From the human T2T-CHM13v2.0 reference genome, Homo sapiens, in NCBI RefSeq assembly GCF_009914755.1, contig NC_060947.1: DNA of 64,000 nt. The stretch is one strand, 5' to 3'. This document shows positions 63,698 through 64,000 of this stretch, in pieces. Under the pieces are notes generated by a model. It ran no database searches. It was given only the letters and a program-made list of their open reading frames with translations, and was not told where the DNA came from. The position numbers and the translations under genes are program-made. Each line of letters starts with the position of its first letter. Position 1 is the first letter of the stretch.

Positions 63698-64000
63698 GGG
63701 ACAGGCATTTTCTTGGTTGCCCACAAGCCTGACTGAAAGACCACTGGGCTGTCTTGAAGAAAGACAGTGCTTGAGGGCAGGGGGTGTTGGTTACACACTC
63801 TAGCCCTCAGCCTTGGGCTGCCCCCATCCCAAGTCCCTTTCCAGTCAACAGTGGATGAAGAACAAAATGGATTCCAAGGACAGACCTCAGGGGCACCAAG
63901 CTCTGGATGGTGCATCTCTTGGGAGGAATAAGTGGGTTAAAAATAGAACTGGACTGGGGCGAGCACTCTTGGGAATGCCTCTGGGCCCCTCCTCTCCCTC

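Overview
This is primate, almost certainly human, genomic DNA: it is Alu/L1/LTR-rich and carries an Alu with all five AluYa5 diagnostic bases. The left half holds a complete 8-exon protein-coding gene on the + strand. Its coding segments (7239-7301, 11595-11859, 15785-15913, 16176-16280, 20536-20732, 21544-21600, 23842-23937, 24637-24798) all have GT-AG borders with compatible phases and total 1074 nt, or 357 aa plus stop. I recognise it as ATP1B4 (X,K-ATPase beta-m/BetaM). It has an in-frame alternative exon-2 donor (-4 aa) and a probable ~3.6 kb 3' UTR ending at tandem AATAAA (28379, 28389). The right half (~29-64 kb) is intergenic and almost all nested transposon remnants: a ~6 kb 3'-truncated L1PA, older L1M pieces, ERVL-class proviral remnants with decayed pol/int, MaLR LTRs, DNA transposons and many Alus. 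I found no new protein-coding system, and most of the ORF track is repeat-derived or spurious. The most notable unexplained features are: a ~520-bp quasi-palindromic AT-rich array in intron 4 next to a collapsed provirus with a tRNA-Pro PBS; a candidate MEF2/E-box muscle enhancer in intron 1; an inverted Alu pair in the 3' UTR; a tail-less L1 pointing antisense at the gene with a frameshift-extended ORF0-like frame; and a young AluYa5 inside a twin-primed L1 that itself sits in an older L1. Repeat subfamily names come from remembered consensus sequences, and repeat boundaries are approximate.
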